64,000 nucleotides of DNA, from contig JAVKIA010000002.1 in NCBI GenBank assembly GCA_031459715.1, positions 596 to 64,595 on the forward strand, written 5' to 3'. Shown here one piece after another: positions 44,116 to 54,376 of this stretch. The first letter of the stretch is position 1. Every line of letters begins with the position of its first letter. The DNA comes from Candidatus Humicultor tengchongensis. GTDB lineage: Bacteria; Sysuimicrobiota; Sysuimicrobiia; Sysuimicrobiales; Humicultoraceae. The translations under genes and the position numbers were made by a program. The notes beneath the pieces were generated by a model that was not told the origin of the DNA, searched no databases, and saw only the letters and a program-made list of their open reading frames with translations.

Positions 44116-47016
44116 ATGGCCATGCTCACCCTGACCATCGACGGGAGGACCGTTGCGGTCCCTCCCGGGACAACCATTCTGAAGGCGGCGCTCGACGCAG
44201 GCATTGACATCCCGCACCTCTGTCATCACCCGGAACTGAGCCCCTGGGGCGGCTGTCGTCTGTGCCTGGTCGAGATCCAGGGGCAGCCTGCACCTGTGAC
44301 CAGCTGCGGGCTGCAGGTGAGCGAGGGGATGGTGGTGACCACGCACAGCGAAGAGCTGCAGGCCCACCGCAAGCAGGTCTTGGACCTGCTGCTCTCCGAC
44401 CACCCCCTCCGCTGCCTGGTCTGCGAGAAGGCGGGCAGGTGCGAGCTGCAGCGCTACGCCTACCAGTTCGGACTGGCCGATAGCACCTACCCTAGGGAAC
44501 TGTCGCGGACGCTGCGCCAGGAGGACAATCCCTTCTTCCTGCGCGACCACCAGTACTGCATCCTGTGCACCCGCTGCGTGCGCGTCTGTGATGAGGTGGT
44601 GGGCGCCGAGGCTATCGCCTTCTCCCAGCGCGGATTTCCGGCCTATGTGGCCACCCCCTTTGACCGCCCCCTGGCGGAGACCCCCTGTACTTTCTGCGGT
44701 AACTGCGTGCAGGTCTGCCCCACCGCAGCCCTGCTGCCGGTGGGGCGGATCGGAAAAGGACGAGAGTGGGAACTCACCCGCACCCGCACCGTCTGCAGCT
44801 ACTGCGGCACCGGCTGCGGTATCGAGGTGGCCACGCGCCGCGGGGAAATCGTCTACGTCTCCGGCTACCCCCAGGCGCCGGTCAACGGGGAGTTCCTCTG
44901 CACCAAGGGGCGGTTCGGACTGGACTTCGTCAATCACCCCGACCGGCTGCGCCGCCCGTGGGTGCGCCGGGACCTGGCCTACGCGGTCGGGCTGACCGCG
45001 GAGCCCCCGCCGGCGGAACTGGAGCGTTCCCCCCTGGAGCGCCTCCCCGGGCTGGCCCAGACCCATATCGAGGTGGACTGGGAGACCGCCCTGGACCTGG
45101 TGACAGAGCGGCTGGTGCAAGTGGTGCAGCGGAGCGGGCCCGATGCCGTGGGCGGGGTGGGCTCGGCGCTGTGCACCAACGAGGACAACTACCTCCTCCA
45201 GAAGCTGTTGCGCGCGGGGGTCGGCACCAACAACGTCGACCTCTGCGCCCGTCTCTGACACGCCCCTTCGGTGGCCGGTCTGGCCGCCGCATTCGGAAGT
45301 GGGGCGATGACCAACTCCATCCGCGAGATCCGGGACGCAGACTGCATCCTGGTCATCGGCTCCAACACCGGCGAGTCCCACCCCGTGGTCTCCTACGAGG
45401 TGGTGCGGGCGGTGCGCCGCGGGGCCACCCTCATCGTCATCGACCCGCGCAGGATCAGCCTGGCCCGCCACGCCACCATGCACCTGCGTCCTGCCCCGGG
45501 CACCGACCATGCCCTCTACCTGGGGATGCTCCATGCCATCGTCACCAACGACTGGTGCGACCGCGCCTTCATCGCCGAGCGCACCGAGGGGTTCGGCCAG
45601 CTGGTGGAGTCGCTCCGGCCCTGGACCCCACAGGCGGCCAGCGCCCTCTGCGGGGTGCCCCCGGAGCAGATCGTGGAGGCAGCGCGCCGTTACGCCCTGG
45701 GGTTGCGCCGGCAGCTCTCAGGCGATGGCTCCGCGCCCCCATCCCGGGGCGCCTCCACCATCCTCTACGGCATGGGGATCACCGAGCGGTCCAACGGGAC
45801 CGAACTGGTAAAGACGCTGGCCAACCTGGCCATGGTCTCCGGACAGGTGGGACGACCGTCCACCGGGGTCAACCCGCTGCGCGGGCAGAACAACGTGCAG
45901 GGCGGCTGCGACATGGGGGTGATGCCCACCGCCTTTCCCGGCTACCAGAAGGTGGAGGACCCCCAGGTGCGCGCCAAGTTTGCCCGGGCCTGGAGCCGGC
46001 GGCCGCGCACCGCGCCGCTGGACCTGCCTGCCCTGCCCGGGCTTACCTATGTAGAGATGGTTCGCGCTGCCGCCGCAGGGCAGATTAAAGCGCTGTACGT
46101 TATGGGCGCCAATCCGGTGATGACCCTCCCCGACTCGCGGTTCGTGCAGCGGGCGTTGCGCGCGCTGGACTTCCTGGTGGTGCAGGAGATCTTCCCCACG
46201 GAGACGGCCCAGCTCGCCCATGTGGTCCTCCCTGCCTCCTCCTTCGCCGAGAAGAGCGGCACCTTCGTCAACACGGAGCGGCGTTTCCAGCTCCTCCGCC
46301 CGTTCCTCTCTCCACCGGGGGAGGCTCGGCTCGACTGGGAGATCATCGCCGAAGTGGGACGCCGCCTGGGGCGGCGGTTGCGCCGCCCGGTGCGCTGGGA
46401 CTACCCCAGTGCGGCGGCGATCATGGAGGAGGTCGCCACGCTCTGCCCGCTGTTCGGGGGCATCAGCCACGAGCGCCTGGAAAAGGGAGGCCTGCAGTGG
46501 CCCTGCCCCAGCCCGGACCACCCGGGCACGCCCTTCCTGCACCGGGGGCAGTTCACCCGCGGCCGCGGGAGGTTCCACGTAACGACGCCCGCCCCTCCCT
46601 TCGAGGCCACCGACGCCGAGTACCCGCTGGCGATAAGCAGCGGCCGGATCCTCTATCACTACGACAGCGGGGCCATGTCCCGCCGGGCCGCGCCTCTGGC
46701 CTGGCGGGAGCCGCGGGCCTACGCGGAGATCCACCCTGCCGACGCAGCCAAGGCCGGGGTGCGCGACGGCGAGTCCTGCGTGATCACCACCCGGCGGGGC
46801 AGCATCCGGGTGCAGGCTCGCGTCAGCGAGGTGGTCCGCCCGGGGATGGTGTACCTGCCGTTCCACTTCCGCGAAGGGCCGGCTAACCTGCTGACCCACG
46901 CGGACGGCCTGGACGCCGGTGCCAAGACGCCCGAGTACAAGTTCACCGCGGGCCGGCTGGAGGGGCCTCCCGCACCGGGTGGAGAGCCACCGGGCGGAGA
47001 CCAGCCGGTGGACTGA
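44116..47016 (+). CDS. fdhA: selenocysteine-containing formate dehydrogenase alpha subunit (molybdopterin); in-frame UGA at 45256-45258 decoded as Sec
   Basis: N-terminal 2Fe-2S/4Fe-4S domains (CRLCLVEI, CILCTRCVRVC, CTFCGNCVQVCP). Track ORFs 44116..45258 and 45271..47016 are in the same frame. Sequence across the TGA reads [30 protein letters not shown], matching E. coli FdhF CCARV-U-HGPSVAGL. Confidence 0.8.
45262..45295 (+). promoter_or_regulatory. bacterial SECIS-like hairpin immediately 3' of the fdhA UGA
   Basis: GGUGGCC-GGUCU-GGCCGCC: a 7-bp stem (6 GC pairs and one UG wobble) with apical GGUCU, at the same spacing and loop motif as the E. coli fdhF SECIS. Confidence 0.6.
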
Positions 47017-47088
47017 CAGCCCTCCCCTGAAGTTCCCTTCAGGTTCCACAGCTCCGTCGCCGGTCTGACGACGACGCTGGTGGGGCAT

Positions 47089-47565
47089 ATGCGTGTGGTG
47101 CGGACTGTGGAGCGCGACGGGCAAGGAGAAGGATTCAGCAGCCTGGAGCTGGTGCTGGCCCTGGCGCTGCTCGCCCTGGCGCTGGTCATCCTGGTCCCGC
47201 GGCTGTCGCCCCGGCCTCTCTACCTGACCGCGGACGCGCAGGAGCTCGCGGCCAACCTGAAGGTGGCACGCAGCTTCGCCATGAGCCGTTCCACGCACTA
47301 CCAGGTGCGTGTGGCCAGCACCACTCAGTACGTGCTGGAGCGTGGAGAGCTGACAGGCAGCGTGTGGACGTTCCCCGTGATCGAGCGCACGGTGACGCTG
47401 CGGCCGGGGGTTACCTTCAGCGGCGCAGACGTGGGCAAGGCGGTCAGCTTCGACAGCCGGGGCCGGGTGGTCGGGCCGGAGGTGACTTTCACCCTGGCCG
47501 ACGGAGCGCGGGGTTGGACGCAGCAGGTCGTGGTGCGGGTAACCGGGCTGGTGGAGGTGCCATGA
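47089..47565 (+). CDS. type IV pilin-like minor pilin/pseudopilin (prepilin N-terminal cleavage-methylation domain)
   Basis: Leader MRVVRTVERDGQGEG then FSSLELVLALALLALALVILV (G|FxxLE motif). Confidence 0.7.
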   Translation: MRVVRTVERDGQGEGFSSLELVLALALLALALVILVPRLSPRPLYLTADAQELAANLKVARSFAMSRSTHYQVRVASTTQYVLERGELTGSVWTFPVIERTVTLRPGVTFSGADVGKAVSFDSRGRVVGPEVTFTLADGARGWTQQVVVRVTGLVEVP

Positions 47566-47951
47566 GGCGGGGCAGGCGGCGGCCCGGCCAGGGGGGATTT
47601 ACCGTCCTGGAGGTGCTGCTGGCGCAGCTGGTCTTCGCCTTCGTGGTCGCCTCCACGGCGGCGCTGCACCTGGCCGCCATGACCCAGGGGGCGGTCAGCC
47701 GCCGCGCGGTGGAGGCGGCGGCGCTGGCCCAGGAGGAGCTGGAGCAGATCCGGGACATGCCCTACAACCAGATCCTCTCGGTGGGCCCGACACCGCGTAC
47801 GGTGGGCGCGCACACTTACGTGCTGGAGCGTGTGGTCACGACCGATGATCCGGCGGCCAACATGAAGCGCATCCGGGTCATAGTCACCTGGAACATCCGA
47901 GGATCACGGACCTATGTGGCGGAGACGATCTTCACCAGCCTGGCCCAGTAG
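47562..47951 (+). CDS. minor pilin, PilV/GspI-like
   Basis: MRRGRRRPGQGG|FTVLEVLLAQLVFAFVVAST prepilin motif. 129 aa. Confidence 0.7.
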   Translation: MRRGRRRPGQGGFTVLEVLLAQLVFAFVVASTAALHLAAMTQGAVSRRAVEAAALAQEELEQIRDMPYNQILSVGPTPRTVGAHTYVLERVVTTDDPAANMKRIRVIVTWNIRGSRTYVAETIFTSLAQ

Positions 47952-48765
47952 ACCACAGGGCGGCTACACCCTGGCCGAGGTCATCGTGGCCCTGGTGCTG
48001 GGCTCGACGGTGGCGGTGGCCGCCGTGGGGGGCTACATCTTCGCCAGCGGTTCCTGGCAGGAGCAGCGGCAACGGCTGGAGACCCAGCAGAACCTGCGGG
48101 CGGCCATCGACCTGCTCTCCCGGGAGCTGCGCCTGGCCGGCGCCTGCCTCCCCACCGCCGGCCCAGTCAACATCCGGCCGCTGACGGGAGCGGACAACGG
48201 GACCACGGACACAATCACCGTGCGGGCCAACGTGCGCTGCGCCATAGGCTCGCTGACCGGCGCCGTCGCCGCCGGAGCCACCGTCCTGGTCCTGGACACG
48301 GTGGCGGAGTTCGTGCCGGGGATGCAGATCTACGTGCTGCACGCCGACACCACCACGGGCGAGTACGCCCAGGTAAACAGCGTCGACCAGACCGCCAACA
48401 GGCTGACCCTGCAGGCCCCTCTGAACCAGGGCTACCCGAAGGACAGCTCCGTCTACGGGGCGGAGGCCCAGACGTTCGCCATCGGCAGCGCCGGGACGGT
48501 TCCCGTGCTCACGGTGGCCACGGCCCTGGGCAGTCCGCAGCCGGCCGTCGAGGGGATAGAACGGCTGGACATCCGCTATGTGCTGAACAGGAACTGCTCC
48601 CCCGGCCCCTGTGACCTGGTCGATCTGCCCACCAGTGAGAGCGAGTGGTCCCTGGTGAGGGCCATCCAGCTGGACATCGGGGCGCGGTCCCCCCGGCCCA
48701 TCTCCGGCGGCTTCTACCGGCTCAGCCAGAGCATCGAGGTCAAGCCCAGGAACTTCCTGTTCTAG
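47914..48765 (+). CDS. minor pilin, PilW-like
   Basis: MWRRRSSPAWPSRPQGG|YTLAEVIVALVLGSTVAVAAVGG prepilin motif. The only in-frame start overlaps the upstream gene by 38 nt. Confidence 0.6.
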   Translation: MWRRRSSPAWPSRPQGGYTLAEVIVALVLGSTVAVAAVGGYIFASGSWQEQRQRLETQQNLRAAIDLLSRELRLAGACLPTAGPVNIRPLTGADNGTTDTITVRANVRCAIGSLTGAVAAGATVLVLDTVAEFVPGMQIYVLHADTTTGEYAQVNSVDQTANRLTLQAPLNQGYPKDSSVYGAEAQTFAIGSAGTVPVLTVATALGSPQPAVEGIERLDIRYVLNRNCSPGPCDLVDLPTSESEWSLVRAIQLDIGARSPRPISGGFYRLSQSIEVKPRNFLF

Positions 48766-48778
48766 GAGGCGGAGACGG

Positions 48779-50986
48779 ATGGTGACATCCTGGCGCGGAG
48801 AGAACGGAGCGGCGATGGTGACCGTCCTGCTGGCAATCCTCATCCTGGCCGCCATAGGCGTCTTCGTGGTCATTGCCGTTGACCGCAACAGCGAGGTGCA
48901 GACGGCGTTCACCAGGAGCGTGGCCGGGTTCTACGCTGCGGAAGCAGGCCTCAACCGGGGGGCGGCCGACGCACGCAACACCTTTCTCGGGTTCGACGTG
49001 CCCGCCACCTGCGCACCCTCCAGCTTCACCATCAACCAGCGCACGGTCACCTACGAGCTGAGCGGCTGCGGGCAGTCGCCGGCAGTAGTCCAGGTGCCGG
49101 CGGGCGAGCCCTTCGAAGGCCTGAACGCCCTGCGCTACATCTATAACCTCCGCTCCCAGGCCGACAACAGCGCCGGCTTCACCGAAGCCATTCTCCGCCT
49201 GCAGTTCGAGGTGCGGCTGATCCCCATGTTCCAGCTGGCCGCCTTCTATAAGGAAGACCTGGAGCTGACCGTGGGCCCGCCCATGGTGATCAACGGCCGC
49301 ATCCACACCAACAAGGACATGTACCTGAACACCGAGAGCTGCAGCCCGGGAGCGCAGATTCTGGGGCAGGTCACCGTAGTGGGAGAGCTGTATCGCGGGC
49401 GGAAGGACGACCTGACCTACAACAATTCGGGCAAGGTCTGGATTGCCAACCCCGACGGCAGCCTGCGCATCCTGGGCCGGACCGGTCCCGGAGACACCAC
49501 CTGCGCCAGCATCACCACGCGGCTGGTCCCTGAGGCGGAGGCGGCCCTGTGGAACGGCCGGGTGCGGGTTGACCTGCGGGACGTGGCCATCCCCGGGCAG
49601 AACGACCTGCTATGCGCCCCCTGGAGTTGCCCGGCCGGCACCTCCCCCGGCTCGTACTGGCAGGAGGCGGACCTGCGCCTAGTCCTGAACACCACGCGCA
49701 CGGAGAAGCTGGACCCGGACAACCCTTCCGCTCCCGGACCCGCACTCTACGCCCTGGAGGTGTACAACGCCGACGGCACGGTGAACGCGGCCCTGACCAC
49801 CCTGCTGCGGCGCTTCGCCCGCGACGTCCCCGGTGGCATCACCTACAGCGACATCCCCACCGACCCTACCTGTGTCAGCGGCTCCTCGTGCGAGGGGCGC
49901 TACGACTCCTACAACGACTACGCCGTCCCCTTTCCCCGGGCCGGCGTCAACGGCTGCACGGCCGACCGCGACCCCCGGCAGGTCATCTCCGCGACCAACT
50001 TCTGCAACGACTTCCGCTACGGGGGGTTCTACAACTGGCGGGAGCGCAAGCCCGTCCTCATGCTCAACATCGACTGGACGAAGCTGGAGGAGTGGAACCT
50101 CATCCAGCCTGCGGGTAGCCGCCTCTTCGACCCCAACGACACCACCGACGGCGGGCTGGTCATCTACGCCTCGGTGCGCGGGGCCAACTCCGCCGGGGTC
50201 AACGGCTACGGGGTGCGCTACTATGACGCGCAGCGGCTGCGCCGCGGCGATACGGATCGGGGGGTCACCTTTGCCAGCGACCAGGCTGTCTACGTCATGG
50301 GCAACTTCAACTGCCGGGCACCCGGGGTGGTCAGCGACTCGGTGCCGGCCACCTGCGGTGGCAACGGGAAGAAGCCGGCGGCGGTGGTGGGTGACACCCT
50401 GAACGTCCTCTCCTGCGCCTGGGTCGACCCCTCGGGGACGGGCGCCTGCCGACCCGTCTTCAACAACGGCGTGAACGAGGGGGGATCACCCTACCGTCCC
50501 CTGGACGAGCGCAGCACCACCAGCCGTCCCAGCAACAAACCCGGTGCAACGCAGACCTTCGTCAACGCCGCCTTCCTCGCCGGCAACGACATCACCACCT
50601 GCCCGGGGAATCCCGGCGGCCGGGACTGCCAGCGCGACTACTACAGCGGGGGGCTGGAGAACTACCCCCGCTTCCACGAGACCTGGTCCGGGGCCCGCTT
50701 CTGGTACGAGGGCTCCTTCGTGGCCATCGACACGCCCAAGCACACCTGCTTCACCTACAATGCCGGGCTGACCTCCACCGACGATCCCTCCTTCTCCTGC
50801 CGGACCTACCAGCTCAACGGTCGCTGGCTGCAGGGCTACTGGCGCATGCAGGAGTACTACGGCTACAGCCCGCCGCCGCGGCGCTGGTTCTACGACGTCA
50901 GCTTCAACGACGCGGCCAACCTGCCGCCGCTCTCCCCGCGGTTCGTCTCGCTGCGGCAGCGTTTCTTCACCGAGGAGTTCCGCTAG
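48779..50986 (+). CDS. large Cys-rich PilX-like (PilX_N domain) pilus tip/adhesin-associated protein
   Basis: N-terminus RGENGAAMVTVLLAILILAAIGVFVVIAV and VAGFYAAEAGLNRG resemble the PilX N-terminal domain. 735 aa with about 22 Cys, likely extracellular disulfides. Confidence 0.5.
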   Translation: MVTSWRGENGAAMVTVLLAILILAAIGVFVVIAVDRNSEVQTAFTRSVAGFYAAEAGLNRGAADARNTFLGFDVPATCAPSSFTINQRTVTYELSGCGQSPAVVQVPAGEPFEGLNALRYIYNLRSQADNSAGFTEAILRLQFEVRLIPMFQLAAFYKEDLELTVGPPMVINGRIHTNKDMYLNTESCSPGAQILGQVTVVGELYRGRKDDLTYNNSGKVWIANPDGSLRILGRTGPGDTTCASITTRLVPEAEAALWNGRVRVDLRDVAIPGQNDLLCAPWSCPAGTSPGSYWQEADLRLVLNTTRTEKLDPDNPSAPGPALYALEVYNADGTVNAALTTLLRRFARDVPGGITYSDIPTDPTCVSGSSCEGRYDSYNDYAVPFPRAGVNGCTADRDPRQVISATNFCNDFRYGGFYNWRERKPVLMLNIDWTKLEEWNLIQPAGSRLFDPNDTTDGGLVIYASVRGANSAGVNGYGVRYYDAQRLRRGDTDRGVTFASDQAVYVMGNFNCRAPGVVSDSVPATCGGNGKKPAAVVGDTLNVLSCAWVDPSGTGACRPVFNNGVNEGGSPYRPLDERSTTSRPSNKPGATQTFVNAAFLAGNDITTCPGNPGGRDCQRDYYSGGLENYPRFHETWSGARFWYEGSFVAIDTPKHTCFTYNAGLTSTDDPSFSCRTYQLNGRWLQGYWRMQEYYGYSPPPRRWFYDVSFNDAANLPPLSPRFVSLRQRFFTEEFR

Positions 50987-51035
50987 CTACGAAGCGGTCC
51001 CGGGCGCCTTCCTGCTGGCGAGGGGAGGAATCCGT

Positions 51036-52337
51036 CTACGCGGCCTGCAGCGCGGGGACCCGGACAGCGCGGGCGCGGGCCCCAAGCAGAGCGCGCACCA
51101 CCAGCTCCATCAGGCCGGTGACCTCGACAGCCAGACCGTAGTGACTGCTCAGGTCGCGGATCTGCAGGAAGCAGTTCTCGCAGGAGGTGGCCACCAGCGG
51201 TGCGCCCGCCGCCATGATCTGCTCGGCCTTCTTCCGCCCGGCGCGCAGCCGCCTCTCCTCGTACTCGGGGACGGCCACCAGCCCGCCGCCCCCGCCGCAG
51301 CAGTAGGCCTCGGCGCGGCTGGGGGTCATCTCGCGGAACTCCTGCACCGCCGCCCGCAGTACCACCCGCGGCTCCTCCAGCAGCCCGCCCTTGCGGGCCA
51401 GGTTACAGGAGTCGTGATAGGTCACCGGGAGGGGGTTGGCCGAGGGGTCCAGGCGCAGCCGGCCTTCCCGGATGTACTCCGCCAGGAGCTCGACGATGCT
51501 GCGCACCCTGAAGGGGAACTCCCCGCCGAACCAGCCGGGAGCCTCCCAGCGCAGCGCGGCGTAGGCGTGGCCGCACTCGGTGAGGACCACCTGCCGCACG
51601 CCCAGGTGCGTGGCCTCGTCCACGATGCGCCGGGCGATGGCCCTGGCCTTCTCTGGATCGCCCAGGAAGACACCGTAGTTGGAGGCCTCGAAGGCCGAGA
51701 GGGTCCAGTCCGCGCCGGCGGCATGAAAGATGATCGCCGCCGGCACGATGGTGTGCGCGCCTGAGAGGGCCACGTAGAGGATATCGGCGCCCTGCCGCTC
51801 CAGGGAAATGCGCAGCGCAGGGTCGCCCAATTGCTCCTGCGCCTGCTGCTCCAGGTCGGCCACGATCTCCCTGTAGATCTCCCGGAAGACCTGGACGTTT
51901 TCGCCGCGGGCCACGGCGGCGTCCGCCAGCTGGACCAGCATCTCCGGTGCCTTCCCCGCCGCGGCCAGCATCGCCCGCGCCGCCTTCATGATCAGCGCCG
52001 TATCCACGCCCAGCGGGCAGTTCATGGCACAGCGCTGGCACAGCGTGCAGGTGGCGAACGCGGCCTCACTCAGGGCGTCCAGGTCCCCCTCGGTGGCCTC
52101 CCCGGCGCGGACCCACCAGGGGAAGATCCGCCCCAGCGGGTCGTACTGCCGCCGGTAGAGACGACGCACCGCCTCGCTGCGGGCGGTGGGTGCGTCCTGG
52201 AGCTGGCCGGTGGAGGCGAAGACGTGGCAGGACTCCGCGCAGATGCCACAGCGGGCGCAGACCTCCAGTGCGGTCAGCACCCGCCGGTCCAGGGCCCGGC
52301 GGAAGGCGGCCAGCGCGCGCTGCACAGACTCACTCAT
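51036..52337 (-). CDS. HdrD/DsrK/GlpC-like Fe-S oxidoreductase (two 4Fe-4S plus two CCG domains)
   Basis: CARCGICAESCHV, CTLCQRCAMNCP. CCG motifs YHDSCNLARKG and AEAYCCGGGGG. Start ATG 52337 after GGGGGAAGG (minus strand), overlapping the upstream gene by 8 nt. Confidence 0.8.
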   Translation of the reverse strand: MSESVQRALAAFRRALDRRVLTALEVCARCGICAESCHVFASTGQLQDAPTARSEAVRRLYRRQYDPLGRIFPWWVRAGEATEGDLDALSEAAFATCTLCQRCAMNCPLGVDTALIMKAARAMLAAAGKAPEMLVQLADAAVARGENVQVFREIYREIVADLEQQAQEQLGDPALRISLERQGADILYVALSGAHTIVPAAIIFHAAGADWTLSAFEASNYGVFLGDPEKARAIARRIVDEATHLGVRQVVLTECGHAYAALRWEAPGWFGGEFPFRVRSIVELLAEYIREGRLRLDPSANPLPVTYHDSCNLARKGGLLEEPRVVLRAAVQEFREMTPSRAEAYCCGGGGGLVAVPEYEERRLRAGRKKAEQIMAAGAPLVATSCENCFLQIRDLSSHYGLAVEVTGLMELVVRALLGARARAVRVPALQAA

Positions 52338-52956
52338 GAACCTTCCCCCAGCGCAGCACCCCGCGCCGGCCAAAGCCGGCGCCGAAGAAGTAGCGGGCGA
52401 AGAAAAAGTAGAAGCAGTGCCGGATCTTGCCGAACGGGATATAGGCCAGCGTCGCCGCGGCCAGCCCGTAAAAGGCCGGCACCAGCGCAGGCACCACTAT
52501 GGCCGCCGCGGCGGCCAGGGTGAAGAGGCTCACCAGCGCCACGGCAAAGAAGTCGTCCGGCGTGCTCAGGCGGCGCAGGCGCGTCTCCACCACCCGGGCC
52601 AGGAGGCCGCCCAGGCCTGCCATGGCGCCGCCGGCGGAGAGGGTCACCAGCGCCCAGCGCAGCGGGCCGGCCCCCTGGGCCCGCCATGGGCCAACCAGCA
52701 GCGCCAGGAATGCGGCGCCGATGCCCAGGTGAAACACCACCCCACGCAGGTAGGCCAGCATGTGGCGCCGCGTGCTCTCCTTGGCCCAGGGCAGCATCCC
52801 CCAGCTGAAGGCGTAGAGGACGCCCTGCGCAACTGACCCCGCCGGCCTGGCCATCTCCGGTCGGTAAGGTCGTCCCAGCAGCAGGACCAGATGTCGGGCC
52901 AGGCCGTTAACGGCGACGGCGCACGCCCCGGCCAGTACCCACCCCCAGGAACCCAT
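52330..52956 (-). CDS. NarI/HdrE/DsrM-like membrane cytochrome b partner of the CCG Fe-S protein
   Basis: About 5 TM helices with His in helices (ARHLVLLLG, RRHMLAYLRGVVFHLGIG). TAATG overlap with the tusA stop. Confidence 0.5.
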   Translation of the reverse strand: MGSWGWVLAGACAVAVNGLARHLVLLLGRPYRPEMARPAGSVAQGVLYAFSWGMLPWAKESTRRHMLAYLRGVVFHLGIGAAFLALLVGPWRAQGAGPLRWALVTLSAGGAMAGLGGLLARVVETRLRRLSTPDDFFAVALVSLFTLAAAAAIVVPALVPAFYGLAAATLAYIPFGKIRHCFYFFFARYFFGAGFGRRGVLRWGKVHE

Positions 52957-53195
52957 TACTTCACCCGGCGGACGGCAAAGTGGATGACCTTGTCCTCCCG
53001 GCCGATGGAGACCAGCTCCTGGCCGGTGGTACGGCACCAGGCCGGGATGTCCGCCAGCACCCCCGGGTCGGTGGCCGTGGCCTCGATGACGTCCCCTACC
53101 TGCACCGTCTTCACCGCCTGGGCCAGCTTCACCACCGGGATGGGGCAGAGCAGACCCTTCAGGTCCAGAACCAGTCCGCGCTTGGTGGCTTCCAT
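52956..53195 (-). CDS. tusA: TusA-like sulfurtransferase (SirA/YedF family)
   Basis: LDLKGLLCPIPVVKLAQAV is the TusA Cys-Pro-x-Pro motif. 79 aa. GGGAGGG RBS on the minus strand. Confidence 0.8.
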   Translation of the reverse strand: MEATKRGLVLDLKGLLCPIPVVKLAQAVKTVQVGDVIEATATDPGVLADIPAWCRTTGQELVSIGREDKVIHFAVRRVK

Positions 53196-53271
53196 CCCCC
53201 TACCCTCCCTCGTTCTCGGATCGCCGGTTCGGATCACCCTGCTCAGATCACCGGTGCTGCATGGGCTGGTT

Positions 53272-53790
53272 TCAGATGAACAAAGTGACCCTGGAGCGTG
53301 CGGCCTCTTCCAGGAAGGCAGCCACGCCCACGACCTCCTGCACGCTGTCCACCAGGTCCTCCCGCCTGACCTCCATGACCTCCATGCTCATCTGGCAGGC
53401 CAGCATCTTCACTCCCAGCTCCGCGGCCAGGGCCCGCAGCTCCGGTACGGAGGTGACATTGTGCTTCCTCATCATCTGCTTGAACATCCAGCGGCCGGCG
53501 CCGCCAAAGTTCAGCTTGCTGGGGCCCACACCGTCTGCATCCTTGAGGAACCAGCCCAGCATCCGCCCCATGGCACTGGCCCCGGTGCGTACGGGCTTCT
53601 TCACCGCCTGCAGGCCCCAGAAGGTGAAGAACATGGTCACCTCCATTCCGGAGGCGGCGGCGCCCGTGGCGATGACGAAGGCGGCCATCAGCCGGTCCAT
53701 CTCCCCGCTGAAGACCACCAAGGACAGTCTGTTGCCCACAGCTGGCTCTCCCCGGGGGGCCGCCTCAGCCTGTGCCATCACCGCAGTCAT
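53272..53790 (-). CDS. DsrE/DsrF-family sulfur-relay protein
   Basis: LSLVVFSGEMDRLMAAFVIATGAAASGMEVTMFFTFWG matches the DsrE-like fold signature. C-terminal Cys (MLACQM). GAGGTGGG RBS. Confidence 0.7.
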   Translation of the reverse strand: MTAVMAQAEAAPRGEPAVGNRLSLVVFSGEMDRLMAAFVIATGAAASGMEVTMFFTFWGLQAVKKPVRTGASAMGRMLGWFLKDADGVGPSKLNFGGAGRWMFKQMMRKHNVTSVPELRALAAELGVKMLACQMSMEVMEVRREDLVDSVQEVVGVAAFLEEAARSRVTLFI

Positions 53791-53822
53791 AGTTCCCACC
53801 TCACTGACGGCTTCCTCGACCG

Positions 53823-53838
53823 ATACTCTCCGGAGTAT
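53823..53838. promoter_or_regulatory. inverted repeat ATACTC-TCCG-GAGTAT in the divergent dsrE/cstR-like promoter region; candidate CsoR-family operator
   Basis: Read from the sequence. The TACT...AGTA arms are reminiscent of RcnR/CsoR-family operators (established knowledge). Lies 33 nt upstream of the dsrE-like start. Confidence 0.35.
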
Positions 53839-53986
53839 GCCCCAACCGAGGGTAGCTCGCCCCGCCGCACAGGCCAATCAGGCGAGCAGATGATTGGGCG
53901 CTCGGTCGTTCGCCCGATGACGTCCACATTCCCGGGATCTACTCTTCCCGGTAGGGTTGATTCTGCTCGCCGGCAGGGAGGGAAGC

Positions 53987-54271
53987 ATGAGCGCCAGCCC
54001 CAAGCTGGACCGGGAGACGACAGCCACAGCCGTGCGCCGCCTGCGCCGCGTGGAGGGCCAGGTCAAGGGCGTGCAGCGCATGCTGGAGGAGGATCGGGAC
54101 TGCGCGGAGATCATCCAACAGATCGCCGCCGCGCGCTCCGCTCTGGATCGGGTGGCCCTGGACCTGATCTCCACCGGCCTGGAGCAGTGCCTGCGGCTGG
54201 AGCTGCGGGGCAAGACCCGGGCCCGAAGCACGCTGCACAAGCTGCAGAAGACCTTCATGATGCTGCGCTAG
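53987..54271 (+). CDS. CsoR/RcnR-family (DUF156) metal/persulfide-sensing repressor, two-Cys CstR-like
   Basis: RRLRRVEGQVKGVQRMLEEDRDCAEIIQQIAAARSALDRVALDLISTGLEQC matches the CsoR fold. Cys at the sensing positions (DRDC...EQC) with no intervening His, as in persulfide-sensing CstR. Confidence 0.75.
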   Translation: MSASPKLDRETTATAVRRLRRVEGQVKGVQRMLEEDRDCAEIIQQIAAARSALDRVALDLISTGLEQCLRLELRGKTRARSTLHKLQKTFMMLR

Positions 54272-54376
54272 GCGGCAGGCCGCCTGCGGCGCAGGGCCTA
54301 GTCAGGACGGACTAACCAGAATCCTTCTCATCGCCGATACACCCTGGGAGTATAGCCTGTCCTAGGATGGCTTGGG

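Noticed and set aside
44116-45258. Treating 44116..45258 and 45271..47016 as two separate genes (N-terminal Fe-S protein plus molybdopterin subunit)
   Set aside because: Same frame, separated only by TGA. The conserved Sec context [13 protein letters not shown] and the SECIS hairpin argue for one selenoprotein gene.
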